DNA of 64,000 nucleotides from Lytechinus pictus (Eukaryota): the NCBI RefSeq assembly GCF_037042905.1, contig NC_087251.1:17610001-17674000 (forward strand). The letters are read 5' to 3'. Position 1 is the stretch's first letter; every line of letters starts with the position of its first letter. A model generated the notes under the pieces. That model did not search any database. It saw only the letters and a program-made list of their open reading frames with translations, and had not been told where the DNA came from. Positions 49,601 to 62,299 of this stretch are shown piece after piece. Made by a program: the position numbers and the translations under genes.

Positions 49601-52600
49601 GTCCATATTGAAGTACCAACAGTCAATTTAGACCCCATTTTGGAGGCCATCTTGGATTTTTTAACATACCAGTCCACTGACTGTCCTCGTAACTTGTTCT
49701 AATGCATTAAACCATGGTTTTATGATTATGGTTTAGACATCAAAATCATATTCCCCAGACAGATATTGAACAGACTATGTCCTAATTTATTATTTGACTC
49801 TTGAAAATATGGTTTAGACACCAGAATCACATCTCACAGGCGGATATAGAATGAGCTCTGCCAATTTTTAAGTAACAACAGTCAATTTTAGACCCCATTT
49901 TGTAAGCCATCTTGCTTTTTTTAACATACCAAACCACCGACTGTCCTTGTAACTTGTCCTAATGCATTACTTGACCCTTTAAAATATGGTTTAGACACCA
50001 AAATCATATTCCCCAGACAGATATTGAACAAACTATGTTTATTTGTAAGCAACATTAGACATTGTTTTATATCTTTTTTGGAAGCCATCTTGGAATTTTG
50101 GACATACAAGACCACCGACTGTCCGAGTAGCTTGTCCTAATGTATTATTCGCCTTTGAAATCATAGTTTAGACACCAAAATCATATCTCACAGGTGAATA
50201 TAAAATGAGCTATTCCACTTTTAAGTATCAGCAGCCATTTTTTTCGGAAGCCATATTGGATTTTCGGACATACTTGACTGTCGTTGTAACTTGTCCTAAT
50301 ATTATTAGACTCTTGAAACCAATGATTTAAAGTCAAAATCACTTCCCCTAGGCCAATATGAAATGAGCTACGTCCGCTTTAGGTATCAGCAACCATTTTA
50401 GATTCAATTTTTTGAAGCCAACTTATGTTTTTGGACATTCCAGACCACTGGCTGTCCCTGTAACTTGGCCCTATTTGATTTGATTTGATTTATTGTTTTC
50501 TTCTGCATCCATAACATTCGTATAATACATTTTTCATAACATAATAAACATTATATGCTAGCATTTTTGGCATGAATCATAAATAAAGAGTATTAAAAAG
50601 ATAATTTCAGACAAAAATGATTAACTATATGATATTCACAATTTGCAGGAGAAGGATTGTCATCATAAGCAGATTGCTTGAAAAAAAATGACAATCCCAA
50701 ACTTATACTAATTGAATTAATTAATACATTTATAAAGCAGAATGGGCATATGTACTATTGATCCTTAATAACCAATGAATAAAAAACAAATTAAAGCCAT
50801 TTTACCAAGTAATGGATGAGTTGTGGATTTTTAGCCTACGGCAGCCAGTGAGGGCACCATCTTGGATTTTCCTGTTACCCTGGAGTACTTAATTTTTCTT
50901 TTCAACCTTTCAACCAGTAAGGGTATTTTTTAAAATTTAAATATTTTAATAAGTCTACTTATCATGTAAAATTAGCAGTGAATAGATTATACTTCATGTT
51001 GATTAGATTCATAATTATGTTAATTTAAAAATTATCACAGTATTTCAAAATCTTCTTCATCAAAATCTGTAGTGTAATTTTGAGGGGTCCAGATATGATG
51101 TATTGAGTAAAATTTATTTTTAAAAGTTGTCAGCTAGCCCAGCGAAAGAGTAAAACTGTCGAAATTTTTCATTTTTTTTACAAAAATAAAATTTTGTAAA
51201 AGATTTTGGGTATAGTATTCGTAAAATAATCATATTTTATCCATTTTTCTTTCGGGTTCTCTTTATTTTTTTCTTGGTAATGATTTTTTTTGGGGGGAGT
51301 AGGGTTGCAGAATTTCTGGGAATTTTCTTGATGGAATCTTTTCATGGGAATAAACGGGAATTTGGTGGGAATTTTTTGAATTTTCGGCAATTTTCAAGAA
51401 ATGATGGGAATTTTCAAAAAGTAACAATTTTCTGATATATGCAGAAATTAAAATGCGTACTAGCAGATGATACTTGATAATTCTTTGTCATCAAATTTCG
51501 AGCCAAGTATTATGCTAAAACAGTCAGACAAAGCAAAATTTTAATGATTTCCATGTAAAAGTTGATTTACTGTATTTACATTGATTAGGAGCTCAAGACC
51601 ATGTCAACTCCTCAGATAGACTTTTGATTTCGATTTATCAACGCCTATTATCCCCTTATATATTGATATGATGAACGGCCTTAAAGCACAAATCACACCA
51701 AGACGCTTTCTTCAAAATGGCAGCCTGCGAATACTTTGAACGAAATTGACCAGCCTCGAAATTAGAGTTTCAGGAATTTATTTGAGCCCAAAAAGTCTGA
51801 TATGATTTTTGTAGGTCTTATTTCGATGCCATGTATAATGAAATAAGATGGTGCTTATCATTTAGCATATTTATGTTCAGCACCCTCAAATAAGGGACAA
51901 GGAAATAAAATAAACATATTATTTTTATCAAAATTTGTACTTTTAAGGGACCATTGGCAACATTGATATTTATCATTATGTTCAAGCATTACCAAATCAA
52001 CATATCGTAAGAAATCATGCATAACACTTAATGCGATTTTAAAATTAAAAGAGTAGGTCAAACCTTACGCATATTAAGTTGATTTTATTGTATTTTCCAC
52101 CTGTCCATTATCTTGTCAGCCATGTTATTTTTTGGGTAAATTATATGTTATTTTATTGCCATGGTAATGCCTTAAGATGTTATTTATACATTAACCAACA
52201 GAGATATTCGTGTATGTTTGGCACCCTAAACTTAGTAGAATTGAATGAAAAATAAGATTCTACAAGGTATTTTTTATCAAAGATGGTATTTTAGGGGGAA
52301 TAAAATGACCCGTTGCCATGGGAACAGAACACACATTCGTAAACATTGATATCAATAAATTCAAGCATTACCAAGGCAACGTCAGTTTTTATCATGCTAA
52401 TGAACTCATGCGGAACACTTACTGTATTTTTTGTTCAAAACTTAATGACTGGTCAAAGTCAAACCTTATGTAGATTAAGTAAATCTTTACTTTACATTCC
52501 ACCCGTCCATTATCATTACAACTGTGTTAGTTTGTTTTAAAAATTATATCTTAATTGGTTGCCATGGCAATGGCTGAAGATGTTATTTATTTATTAACAG

Positions 52601-54221
52601 CAAGCATATATATGCTTAGCTCCCTAAAATTGGGGCAAATGAAATAAAAATCAGATTTTACAATTTTTTTTAATCAAACATGATACTTTTCTGGGGGGAA
52701 TGAGCTGTTGCCATGGCAATGGGACATTTGAAACACTAATATTTATCATTAAATTCAAGTATTATCAAGGCAACATAATTTTATTATTCTGATGAACTCA
52801 TACAGAACTCTTACTGAAATTTTTGTTCGAAATTAAATGACCGGCCAAACCTTTCGCATATTGAGTTATTTGTATTTTCCACCTGTCCAAAATCTTGTCA
52901 TCCAAATCATTAGTTTTTAGTATTAGATATTATCTAGTTGGCATGGCAATAGCTTCAGATGTTATTTATACATTTTGCATCAAACATATCGATGTTTAGC
53001 ACACAAAGATTAGGGGAAATGCAAGAAAAATCAGATTCTACAGTCCCTTTTTTAATCAAAACTGATACTAAATGATCTGTTGCTATGGCAACAGGCCATT
53101 TTGAATATTGATATTTATTGTTGAATTGACCCGTTGCCATGGGAACAGAACACACATTTGTAAACATTGATATCAATAAATTCAAGTATTACCAAGGCAA
53201 CATCAATGTTTATCATTCTAATTTAGTTCATGTAGAACACTGACTGAATTATTTTCCCCTAAATTAATTGAGTAGGTCAGACCTTACGAATGCACATTAA
53301 GTTAATATTCATTGTTTTCACCTGTTTTTAACCTTATCATCCACTTTAAAAAAAATTAGATGTTATTTGGTTGCCATGGCAATGGCTTAAGATGTTATAT
53401 TTATAAAATTTAGTCACAAACATATCTCGATTAGTACCTTGAAATTAGGGAAAATGGAATGATGATCTTACTGTACATGTATTTTACATTTTTATCAATA
53501 TTTTTACTTTTCTAGAGGGAAATAAGATGTTGCCATGGCAACGGGTCCTTTGCAAAATTGTTTATTTTTAAATTTAATTCAAGCTTTACCAAGGCAACAT
53601 TAATTTTCATCTTTATAAAGAACTCCTGCAGAACACTTTCTGTATTTTTTGTTCAAATGAGGGGGTCAAATCTTAAGCATACAGATTAAGTTAATTCCAC
53701 TTGTATTTTCCACCTGTCCATTGTCTTGTCAAACATGTTATTTTTGTAAATTAGATGTTATTTGGTTGCCATGGCAATGGCTTGAGATGTAATTTACACA
53801 TTTAGCAACCAAAATATCTTCGATAAGCACTGTAAAGTTAGGGGAAATTCAAGATAAATCATATTCTACAACGTTTTTAAAATCAAAATTGTTACTTTTC
53901 TGGGGAAAAACAAGCCGTTGCCATGGCAACGGACCAATTGGAACTTTCTTGATGATCTTGAATATTTCTAAATTTCATATGTATTCAATTGGGAGCCTGA
54001 AAATTATCATTTTGGTCATCTATATCATGTTTATTAACCATTTACATGGGAATGCATGTTATTTTGGAGAAATTAATCCGTTGCCATGGCAACGGCCGAA
54101 AATGGCATTTATAAATTTACCTCCCATCTTTAAAATAAATCTTACGGCATTTACTAATACTTGTGAAAGTTTCATGCTTTAGTCATAATTTGCACAATTT
54201 TTCGGCTAATCCGCTCTACTA
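46620..54221. mobile_element. 7.6-kb non-autonomous Academ-like element
   Basis: TTG|TAGTAGAGCGGATTAGC ... GCTAATCCGCTCTACTA|TTG. Inverted arms longer than 1 kb, built of GTTGCCATGGCAAC-containing units. No ORF. Confidence 0.82.
50474..50750 (-). mobile_element. 5'-truncated LINE tail inserted in the Academ-like element
   Basis: (TTTGA)3TTTATT tail plus GGATTGTCAT...ATGACAATCC stem-loop. The host repeat resumes at ~50751. Confidence 0.5.
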
Positions 54222-55115
54222 TTGAAAGACATTGAAGTATTAGACAAATTACAAAACCATGAACATTTCTTTAGTTAAAATATCAGGATCTAACTTTCCC
54301 ACCGTCTGGTGTCCCTCACCAGGGAACTGTTCTCCCTTGTCTCATCAAAGATCAGAGACAGTGAAATATAGATGCCATAGGGGCTCCCTGTAAGTCAACC
54401 CAAGAAACAAGACACCGTTCTCTGCCATTCAGGAGTGGGAATTTGCAACCCTCAGCTGAGTTGACCAAAACTTCATATGATGCATATGTTGACTTGGTGG
54501 ATGTTGATGCTGACAATGTAACTGCAAATTGTCAAAAGGAATTATGAGAGGAATATGTAACAGACACACATACATAAACAAAAAGTAGCCCTAGAATAAA
54601 AATTCTTCATTTTTTCCCTCTAATGAAGTACTTGTTTCTTCACATAATCACCGTACTCCCTCAATAAATAATAAAATCTTTGAAAAGGCAGAGTTGCCAG
54701 GCCAAATGTCTCTAGAATCTAGTTATTACTGCATTATTTACCCTCTAGTAATCACAATATAAACCAAACATTTAACACTGATCTCACTCAATGATCAGCC
54801 ACAGCAACATAGAAGTATAATATATGATGGAACAAGCGGCCACAAATAAATAAAAAAAAACCAGCATTGCGTAAGTTTAAAAAATTGTGCAGACGCTACA
54901 TTGCATTGCGTAAGTTTCAATAATTTTGCACAGACGCTGAAAAAAAATTTGAAATCAGCTGAAAAGCTGATCTCTCACACCGCTGAATATAATGATACAA
55001 AGGAAATCTTCTCTAGAACTATATATTATTACCAACATGATATATATAAATAAACTATATTCTATGTACATGAGTAACCTGCAATACATTTCAGATCATC
55101 AAGAAGAATAGACTG

Positions 55116-55262
55116 TCATGATAAAAGCTGTCTTAGTTCGGGAACATAGTCTTTCTTTATGCAGTCTAGGGGTGTCTGTCCTCTGTGGTCTTGCGCAGTC
55201 TTCATACTGGGTTGAGCTTTGAGAAGCACTTTGCAGATTTCTGTATTGCCTTGTTCTGCAGC
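55116..55262 (-). CDS. ANKRD39: ankyrin repeat domain protein 39, last coding exon
   Basis: TGCAG acceptor. Encodes AAEQGNTEICKVLLKAQPSMKTAQDHRGQTPLDCIKKDYVPELRQLLS*. Confidence 0.88.
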   Translation of the reverse strand, partial: AAEQGNTEICKVLLKAQPSMKTAQDHRGQTPLDCIKKDYVPELRQLLS

Positions 55263-55428
55263 CTGCATTGAAAGATAAAAGGAAAGCTCATTTCAAATAG
55301 ATTATTTTCTCAACAATTACAAAATGTCAAAAAATAATTAGCAATGGGTTATTCTTTCAGGCAAGAACAAGCTTTTACTGCACTGGGCTATTTTGACTGC
55401 ATGAATATTCCAGGGGAGGTGGCCTATA

Positions 55429-55941
55429 CAGGGTGTATCAAAAAAAGTTTACACTTTGAAAAAGCCCTGGGAATTAAAAAATATACAACACGTGGATAAT
55501 TTTTTTACGTATAATCTTGGGTTTGGGTCTCATCTATCCAATGAAAGTGAAAGTTTTGACAGAATGTTACACTTGAGTGAGCACTGTCCATTTTTGTAAA
55601 GCTCGCAGAAATTTGTTTGCGCAGAAATGCTCGTTTTCACGCTGTGTCAAGGGTAAAAAGGGCAAAAGATATCTTCAAATCAATTTTAATAGCTAAATTC
55701 TACATGTTCTTCATGATTAAGGTCTACATTTATTCGTATAACTATTTCAAAGTTCTACGCAAATCATTTTTCACTAACTTTTCAAAAGTAAGTGGTGCTC
55801 ATTCAAGTGGAAATATTTTTCGACTGTTATATGCTTAAATGGATCTGTACCAATGTTAAAATGTGGAAAAATTTCAGGATATTACAAATATATGATTTTA
55901 CAGGATTTTTTCTAAGCGTAAACTTTTTTTTATACGCACTG
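55429..55941. mobile_element. Tc1/mariner-like MITE (intronic)
   Basis: TA|CAGGGTGTATCAAAAAAAGTTTAC ... GTAAACTTTTTTTTATACGCACTG|TA. Confidence 0.7.
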
Positions 55942-56197
55942 TATATAACACACCATCCATCCCCCCCCCCCCGATCTCAGCCATTTGTGTGAAAATTAAA
56001 TTGGCATACACATTGCCTATGAGGTTATCTCCATAACCCCTTAATTAAGATTTTTTAAAGAAAACAATTTACTTTCCTTTATTATGCAAATTACACAAAT
56101 TTATGCATAATCTTTTTTCTTTTCTCTGAATCACTAAATAATTCATGCAAATTTTGGGGTTACATACTTATTTTCATATTTATCACAAATTTACTTG

Positions 56198-57307
56198 AAC
56201 TAGAAATTTGACATGTCCAAAGGACACAGATGCCCTCGCTTAAAGCAATCAGCATAAATTTATTCAATATGATTGAACTTAATATTGTGAAGAAACCAGA
56301 ATGCATATATATAATGAACAAATTCAGACCTTTGAACCAACTCACATATATAACGAGCTGTGACCTTTGACCTGTAGACTCCGAATTCGAACTTAGCCTG
56401 TTTAGTGTCATCTACAGGTCTACACACCCAAATTTTTATTTAATCTGTAGATTATTTCATTAGTGATCATGCGGAAACCAACTCGCATATTTAATGAGCT
56501 ATGAACTTTGACCTGCGGACTCCGAATTTGAACTTAGCCTGTATTTTAGTGTCATCTACCTACACACCTAATTTTGTTTAAATCCATTAAATATTTCTTA
56601 GTTATCATGTGGTAAGCAAATTGCATATTTAATGAGCTGTGACCTTTGACCTGCAGACTCCGAATTCGAACTAAGCCCATTTTATAATCTGTTGAATATT
56701 TCATAAGTTATCATACAGAAACCAACTGGCATATTTAATGAGCTGTGACCTTTGACCTGTGGACTGAATTTGAACTTAGCCTGTATTTTGGTGTCATCTA
56801 CCTACACACCTGAATTTTTTTAATCCATTAAATATTTTTTAGTTATCATGTGGAAGCCAACTGGCATATTTAATGAGCTGTGACCTTTGACCTGTAGACT
56901 GAATTCGAACTTAGCCTGTATTTTGGTGTCATCTACCTACACACCTGAATTTTTTTAATCCATTAAATATTTCTTAGTTATCATGTGGAAGCCAACTCGC
57001 ATATTCATTGAGCTGTGACCTTTGACCCGCAGACTCCGAATTTGAACTTAGCCTGTATTTTGGTGTCATCTACCTATGAACTTTGATCATTGACCTGCCG
57101 ACTCCAAATTTGAACTTAGCCTGTATTTTGGCGTCATCTACCTACACACCACAATTTTTTTTTTCTACGTTAACAAAATTTTTTAAAATCCATTAAATAT
57201 TTTTCGAGTTATTGCGCAGAAACCAAGTGGGGGGACGGAAGGACAGACGGACAGGGGCAACGCTTAATGCCCCCTCCGCACTTTGTCTGCGGGGGCATAA
57301 AAAAAAA
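56198..57307 (+). mobile_element. non-autonomous Helentron/DINE-1-type element with internal tandem array
   Basis: 5' AACTAG...ATGCCC sub-TIR, ~120-140-bp tandem cores, a GGAC/AGAC micro-repeat, then a 3' stem-loop CCGCA-CTTTGTC-TGCGG with GGGCAT and an A-run. Confidence 0.7.
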
Positions 57308-57690
57308 TCAATAGATGATTTGTAGGTAAAATAACATGACCACTTACCTGGTACTAGCACATAGCACCACAGTCAAGAATAATCATAAACCAACAGAAGT
57401 TACAGACACTTAAGAGTTTAATCATCAAATTGCTTATTTTCCTATATTCAATTTAAGTTTCTGAAACATAAATGAGATATATCACCTTTAATAGCTCATA
57501 GTTTACATCTCATTTTCATAAGCAGCTTATGCTGTTGGCCTTTGTGTTGGGGAATATTTCGAGGGGAACATTTCAACAATTTTTTAATGTAAAATTGGCT
57601 ACACAAAAAAGACTTGATATGTAGTACCATGTAAAAAAAGATAAATGCAGAACATTGCTATGCATACCAGGAAATTATTTCCTGCCATAC

Positions 57691-57897
57691 CTTATGAAGA
57701 GCTGTCTTCGAATCGCTGTCTACCAAGGTAGCATCAGATTTGGCACGGAGAAGTTGAGATACAATATCAACATGACCGCCATAGGCAGCTCTGTGTAAAG
57801 GACTTGCTCGACCTGACCGGGTTTGAAGGTTTGGATCAGCTCCATGTTGGAGTAACTTGGAAACGATGTCTTTGTGTCCATTGCGGCAAGCATAATG
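57691..57897 (-). CDS. ANKRD39: ankyrin repeat domain protein 39, coding exon 2
   Basis: CAG acceptor. Encodes HYACRNGHKDIVSKLLQHGADPNLQTRSGRASPLHRAAYGGHVDIVSQLLRAKSDATLVDSDSKTALHK. GTATG donor, phase 0. Confidence 0.92.
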
Positions 57898-58470
57898 CTG
57901 TTAAGTATTGAATGAAAATATCACATATGATAAATGAACTATACTACCAGTTAAACATCATTACAGCAATGTCTATTTATTTCCAAAAGTAATAATCTGA
58001 TATCACCAACAGAAAAAAAATGACCTCAGTGTATCCGAAGGTCTTTACTTAGAACAGAAATAAATTAATGCTGAATCAAAGCTGTTGGTCCATCGGTGCC
58101 CGATTGAGGATGCCAGTCACAGGTGTTATTTCCTGAAGACCAGTAGACCAATGAAAGAGTAATTTCTACAAATACAAGAACTTTAGTGTTTAAGACTTAG
58201 ATTTTTACCATTTCATAGACTAAATTTTCTAAAAAAAAGTTTCAAAGGATATTAACCAAGTGAGACTATAGAAATAAGATTAACATAATAGCAATTCTTA
58301 ATTTTCTTGCTTACAAAGTTACATGTATCAACCTGCAACATTACAATATTGTTGCATCCACTCTGCCATATTGGTTTACAACTATTATGATTCTTTGCTT
58401 CTCACCCTGAAGTTTTCAGGTTACATTACAGCAACCTTTGGTGTAGAAAGGTTTATGAGTTTGTACCTAC

Positions 58471-58686
58471 CAGAGCTGTGTACCCCGATTTATCCACACT
58501 ATTAACACTGCATCCAGATGACAGTAGCTTCTCAACTCTTGACAGATCACCACAGAGGGCAGCAGACCAGATCCCCCTATCCCAGTCCATTTCATCCAGT
58601 GTTTGAGTCAGTGAGGGAGTAGGAGATGGGTGTGTACAGCATACAGAGTCACCATGACCAGGATTATGATGGTGTGTCTTTGCCAT
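58471..58686 (-). CDS. ANKRD39: ankyrin repeat domain protein 39, coding exon 1
   Basis: Encodes MAKTHHH...CCTHPSPTPSLTQTLDEMDWDRGIWSAALCGD...DKSGYTAL, matching the ANKRD39 signature QTLxEMDxxRGIWSAA. GTAGG donor. An acceptor at 58711 implies an upstream 5'-UTR exon. Confidence 0.92.
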
Positions 58687-58920
58687 GACCAAGAAGTTCT
58701 TACAATACTCCTGTAGATTAAAAAAAAAAGAATTTCTTTGTTGAAATACACGATCGAGATGCATTGATAGCAGAGTACAAAACACAAGTCAAACACAAAG
58801 GGTAAATGAAAACATAATATATTTGATATAAGCTATCAGTTGCCATTATTAAGGCTATGCTTTTTATTTTTTGTTCACCAAGAAAGTAAATAAAAGTAAC
58901 ATAGTTTTCCATACTTTAAC

Positions 58921-59929
58921 CAAGGCTCGACATTAGCGGTGGCCCGGGGCCACCAGAAATTCACCTTGGGCAACCATTATTGAAAAAATATTAAGTTTTG
59001 GTGGCCCGAATCGGGCAACCAATAATTTTCAGAATAGCCCAATTTTTCTCCCCATTTTGCACGCATTCATCAACTTTCTACAGTTCAAATTGCAAGCCAG
59101 TTCGTCATGCGCCCTTTTTGTTGATCTACACACAAACACACACACAAAATTGGCCTACTGCTATAGCATTAAGTAGCTTTTATCCAGCCGGCCGCGCCTG
59201 CCGGCTGGCGTGAGCTTTGCATGCTTCAAGCAGCTGTGAGTCAGCAGCCTATTCAGACTCAGGGAGCTGCAATACGAAATGTTGCAGCTAAGAAATCTTC
59301 CACAGAACTGTGAAAATCCAAGTCAAAGTCACATTTTACACCAATGAAAAGCCCTTCTACAGACCTTTTTGCCAAAATCTGGTGTATCCTGATTATTTTC
59401 AAGCATTTAAAAGAGGAATCATGACCTCTCTTTTGACTCAAAAAGACCGATTTCCAAATGAAAATAATGCACATAAAGTACATCACAGTCCCACGTGTGC
59501 ATTTGTATGTATGTTGTTACTTGGTTTCTTTTGAAGCTGTGCCTTTTCCGGTCTTTTCGAGCCAAAAATAAACAGACAGTTACTTTCTTTCTTGTTTATA
59601 AATGACTTCTTAAACAACTCTTGAGAATAAGTAAATACTTAGGGAAGGCATTTTATTAATATGAAATGTGAATTTTTCCAACATTAATATTTTTGGCAAA
59701 TATAGCCAGGGAAGGAATTTTCTCACACTTTTCTTTTGCCGTTTTATTATTTTCTTTCATTTTTTTGACAGTGGTTAAAAAACCATTTATACCCATTTAT
59801 TAATTTTCAATGTTTTTCTTTATATTTTTCAGGCCACCAAACTTTAATATCGGGCCCCCCAAAAAAATTATTTGAAGGTTTTGGTGGCCCGAACGGGCCA
59901 CCACCAAAAAAAGTTAATGTGGAGCCTTG
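58921..59929. mobile_element. non-autonomous DNA transposon, 7-bp TSD (P-element-like ends)
   Basis: CTTTAAC|CAAGGCTCGACATTA ... TAATGTGGAGCCTTG|CTTTAAC. Sub-terminal GGTGGCCCG repeats. Confidence 0.75.
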
Positions 59930-59974
59930 CTTTAACTGTTAACGTAGAAAATTATTAATCAATTATGATAAAAG

Positions 59975-60265
59975 CTTGTTTTTAGAGCAAAAAGAAAAAT
60001 CAGACAAGTTGATAGGTGAAAGCTTGAACAATAAGAAAGTTATTCATTTTTTAAAGTTGTAAATACTGGTAATCACTATACCCATGGATACTTCGAATTG
60101 GCAGCATATGTGATGTCATACAAGCATTACTCTTCCATGTACTCAAATACATAATAAGGCTAAAATAAAAAGTTTCACTTCAACTTATATTTTTCTTTCA
60201 TGAGGACATATTCTACCTGGGTTATATTTAGATTACTGCCGCTGGGGAATGGGTACTTAGGAGAT
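59975..60265 (-). mobile_element. partial inverted copy of the 44931-45525 family
   Basis: AAAATCAGACAAGTTGATAGGTGAAAG...GGGGAATGGGTACTTA is the reverse complement of 45175-45500. Confidence 0.7.
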
Positions 60266-62299
60266 TGATAATAAACCCTTAATATCCTCTGTAATTAATC
60301 AATAATTTCAAACAATTGGAACAACTTTTTTAAGGCTTGCTAACTAAGCTCACAATATCAATTTTTCTCATAATTACACTCCTTTAAAAGATGATTTGGT
60401 AATGATTCTGTCTTCCAACTATGGAAATTTTGCTCGCTCGCTTCGCTCACTCGCATTTGGATACTGATATCCAGTAGTTTGTGTCAACAATCAATTACAA
60501 TATAGCCATAAAAAATATTGTGATAGTCCTTAAAGTGAAAGCATTGCATGCAGTTATATACCCCTGTACATATTATACATGCAGCCCATGATGCGATATT
60601 ACACACCACTTGAAAATGGTTTAGGGCAACATATCTTTCTTCCATCTATTGAAAATTTGCTCACTTGCCGCATTATACCAATAATCACACCTCGTGAAAA
60701 TTTTATTCATCATGTCTTCTAATTACTGAAAATATGCTCGCTTGCATTTGGATATGAACTTGTAGGTCAGTAGACAATTTAAAACACAATATCATTAAAA
60801 TTACAGAAATCGAAATAAAGGCCTTTAACTGAAAGATTATGTACATGATTATATGACCCGATTATATGATCTGTATACATATCCATTTAAGTGTGGGGTC
60901 CCCCAATCGCATAATTTTCTGGTCAATATTGAATTCACCTCACCCACTGCTCGGATTTATGCCAATGTCCCCTCTCCATCTGAATCTCCTTTCTCTATAT
61001 ACTTCCTCTACCTCTCTTCTCATTCTCTCCCCCCTTCTATCACATCTTGCCTTTTCCCCTCCATCCACCCTCGCTCCCCGCTCAATTTTTTTACCATACA
61101 TTTTCAATGGTCAGATGTTGATTGCAAGCCTTGCAATGTTTTAGGATATTATATCTGGCAAATAGCTCTAATTTTTTCTATATGCAATAACATCAAGCAG
61201 AGAGGAACAGAGATTGAGATGGAGAGGAGGGGTGGCCAATGTAGTGATTCCATTCATTCATGTTTCATAAAGAAACAAAGATTGAGTGCAAGAGAAATCA
61301 AGAGAGAAAGAGAAACTAAAGATAGGAAAAGAGATTAAAGATGGAAGGGTGGGGTGGCGAGGACATACATGTAGTATGGGAGAGAGAGAGAGAGATTGCA
61401 TACAAGATAGAGGGGAGAGAGCAAGAGAGAAAGACAAACTATAGAAAGAAACTACAGAGATTCAGGGGGGGGGGCGGGCAAGGACATTATGCGAGTCCAT
61501 TCATTCATGATTGCAAGAGAAAAAGGGGAGATGAGAGGTTGCAAGAGAGATTGCACGACTGGTATCAAAACTAGAGAAAGGCGGGGGAGATTGGGATGGA
61601 GTCCCTTCATTTGTGTACAGTACATGAGTGTGCTCATCCAATAGTTTGGGTACGAGATGATGAAGCTATACAATTCTTGTGAAGTCCATGCACTTGCACA
61701 CTTTTTTTATTTTTTAGTTCAACTAATGGGCATTTTCATGGTAACTGACATTACACGGCGCAATTTTACACACCTTTCATTGTGTGTATATCTAAAACAA
61801 AAAATGATGGGAGTTTGCTTTTGATAGAGTTGATAAAGTGAATGTTGCTGTATACTCTGATACTAAGTTTTTCAATGCAACCACAAAAGAACAAAAGAAT
61901 CAGCGCAGTCTTAGCGCAATTGGATTTCTGCACCTCAGCCTAACCCTTGAAGCTGGCTACTGAAGTGCAGTTAACTGTATTGGCAGGGAGAATATTCCAG
62001 TCTGATTAGCCTGAGTCCAAGTCTGATGGCATCAGCCTCAGCTCAGGAATAAAAGTTTTGTGCTAAGATTACAAAGTAAAGCAAGTTAAAGGCGCATTTG
62101 TCATGTTTTGCCGTTGTGACATAATCGTGATATAGTCCCCAAATCCAAAAATTGGGATTATTAGAATCACACCTACCAGAATGCATGAAAATCACTTCTT
62201 TTCTCCAGAACAGTCCCCAACTCTCGCACAGCCTGAGAACTTGCGAAATGATAACACACACAAATGAAACACACTTACACTTGGGTTCTCTCCCTATTA

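Noticed and set aside
46621..54220. Polinton/Maverick (AGTAG termini)
   Set aside because: No 6-bp TSD and no coding capacity; TAG ends with a TTG duplication fit better.
54305..54340. RT-like motif SGVPHQGTVL
   Set aside because: Isolated, with no flanking RT similarity that I could recognise; may be chance.
58687..58785. N-terminal extension of the ANKRD39 ORF (MFCTLL...)
   Set aside because: It crosses an acceptor at 58711 into intron sequence; the ATG at 58686 gives a normal-sized 189-aa protein.
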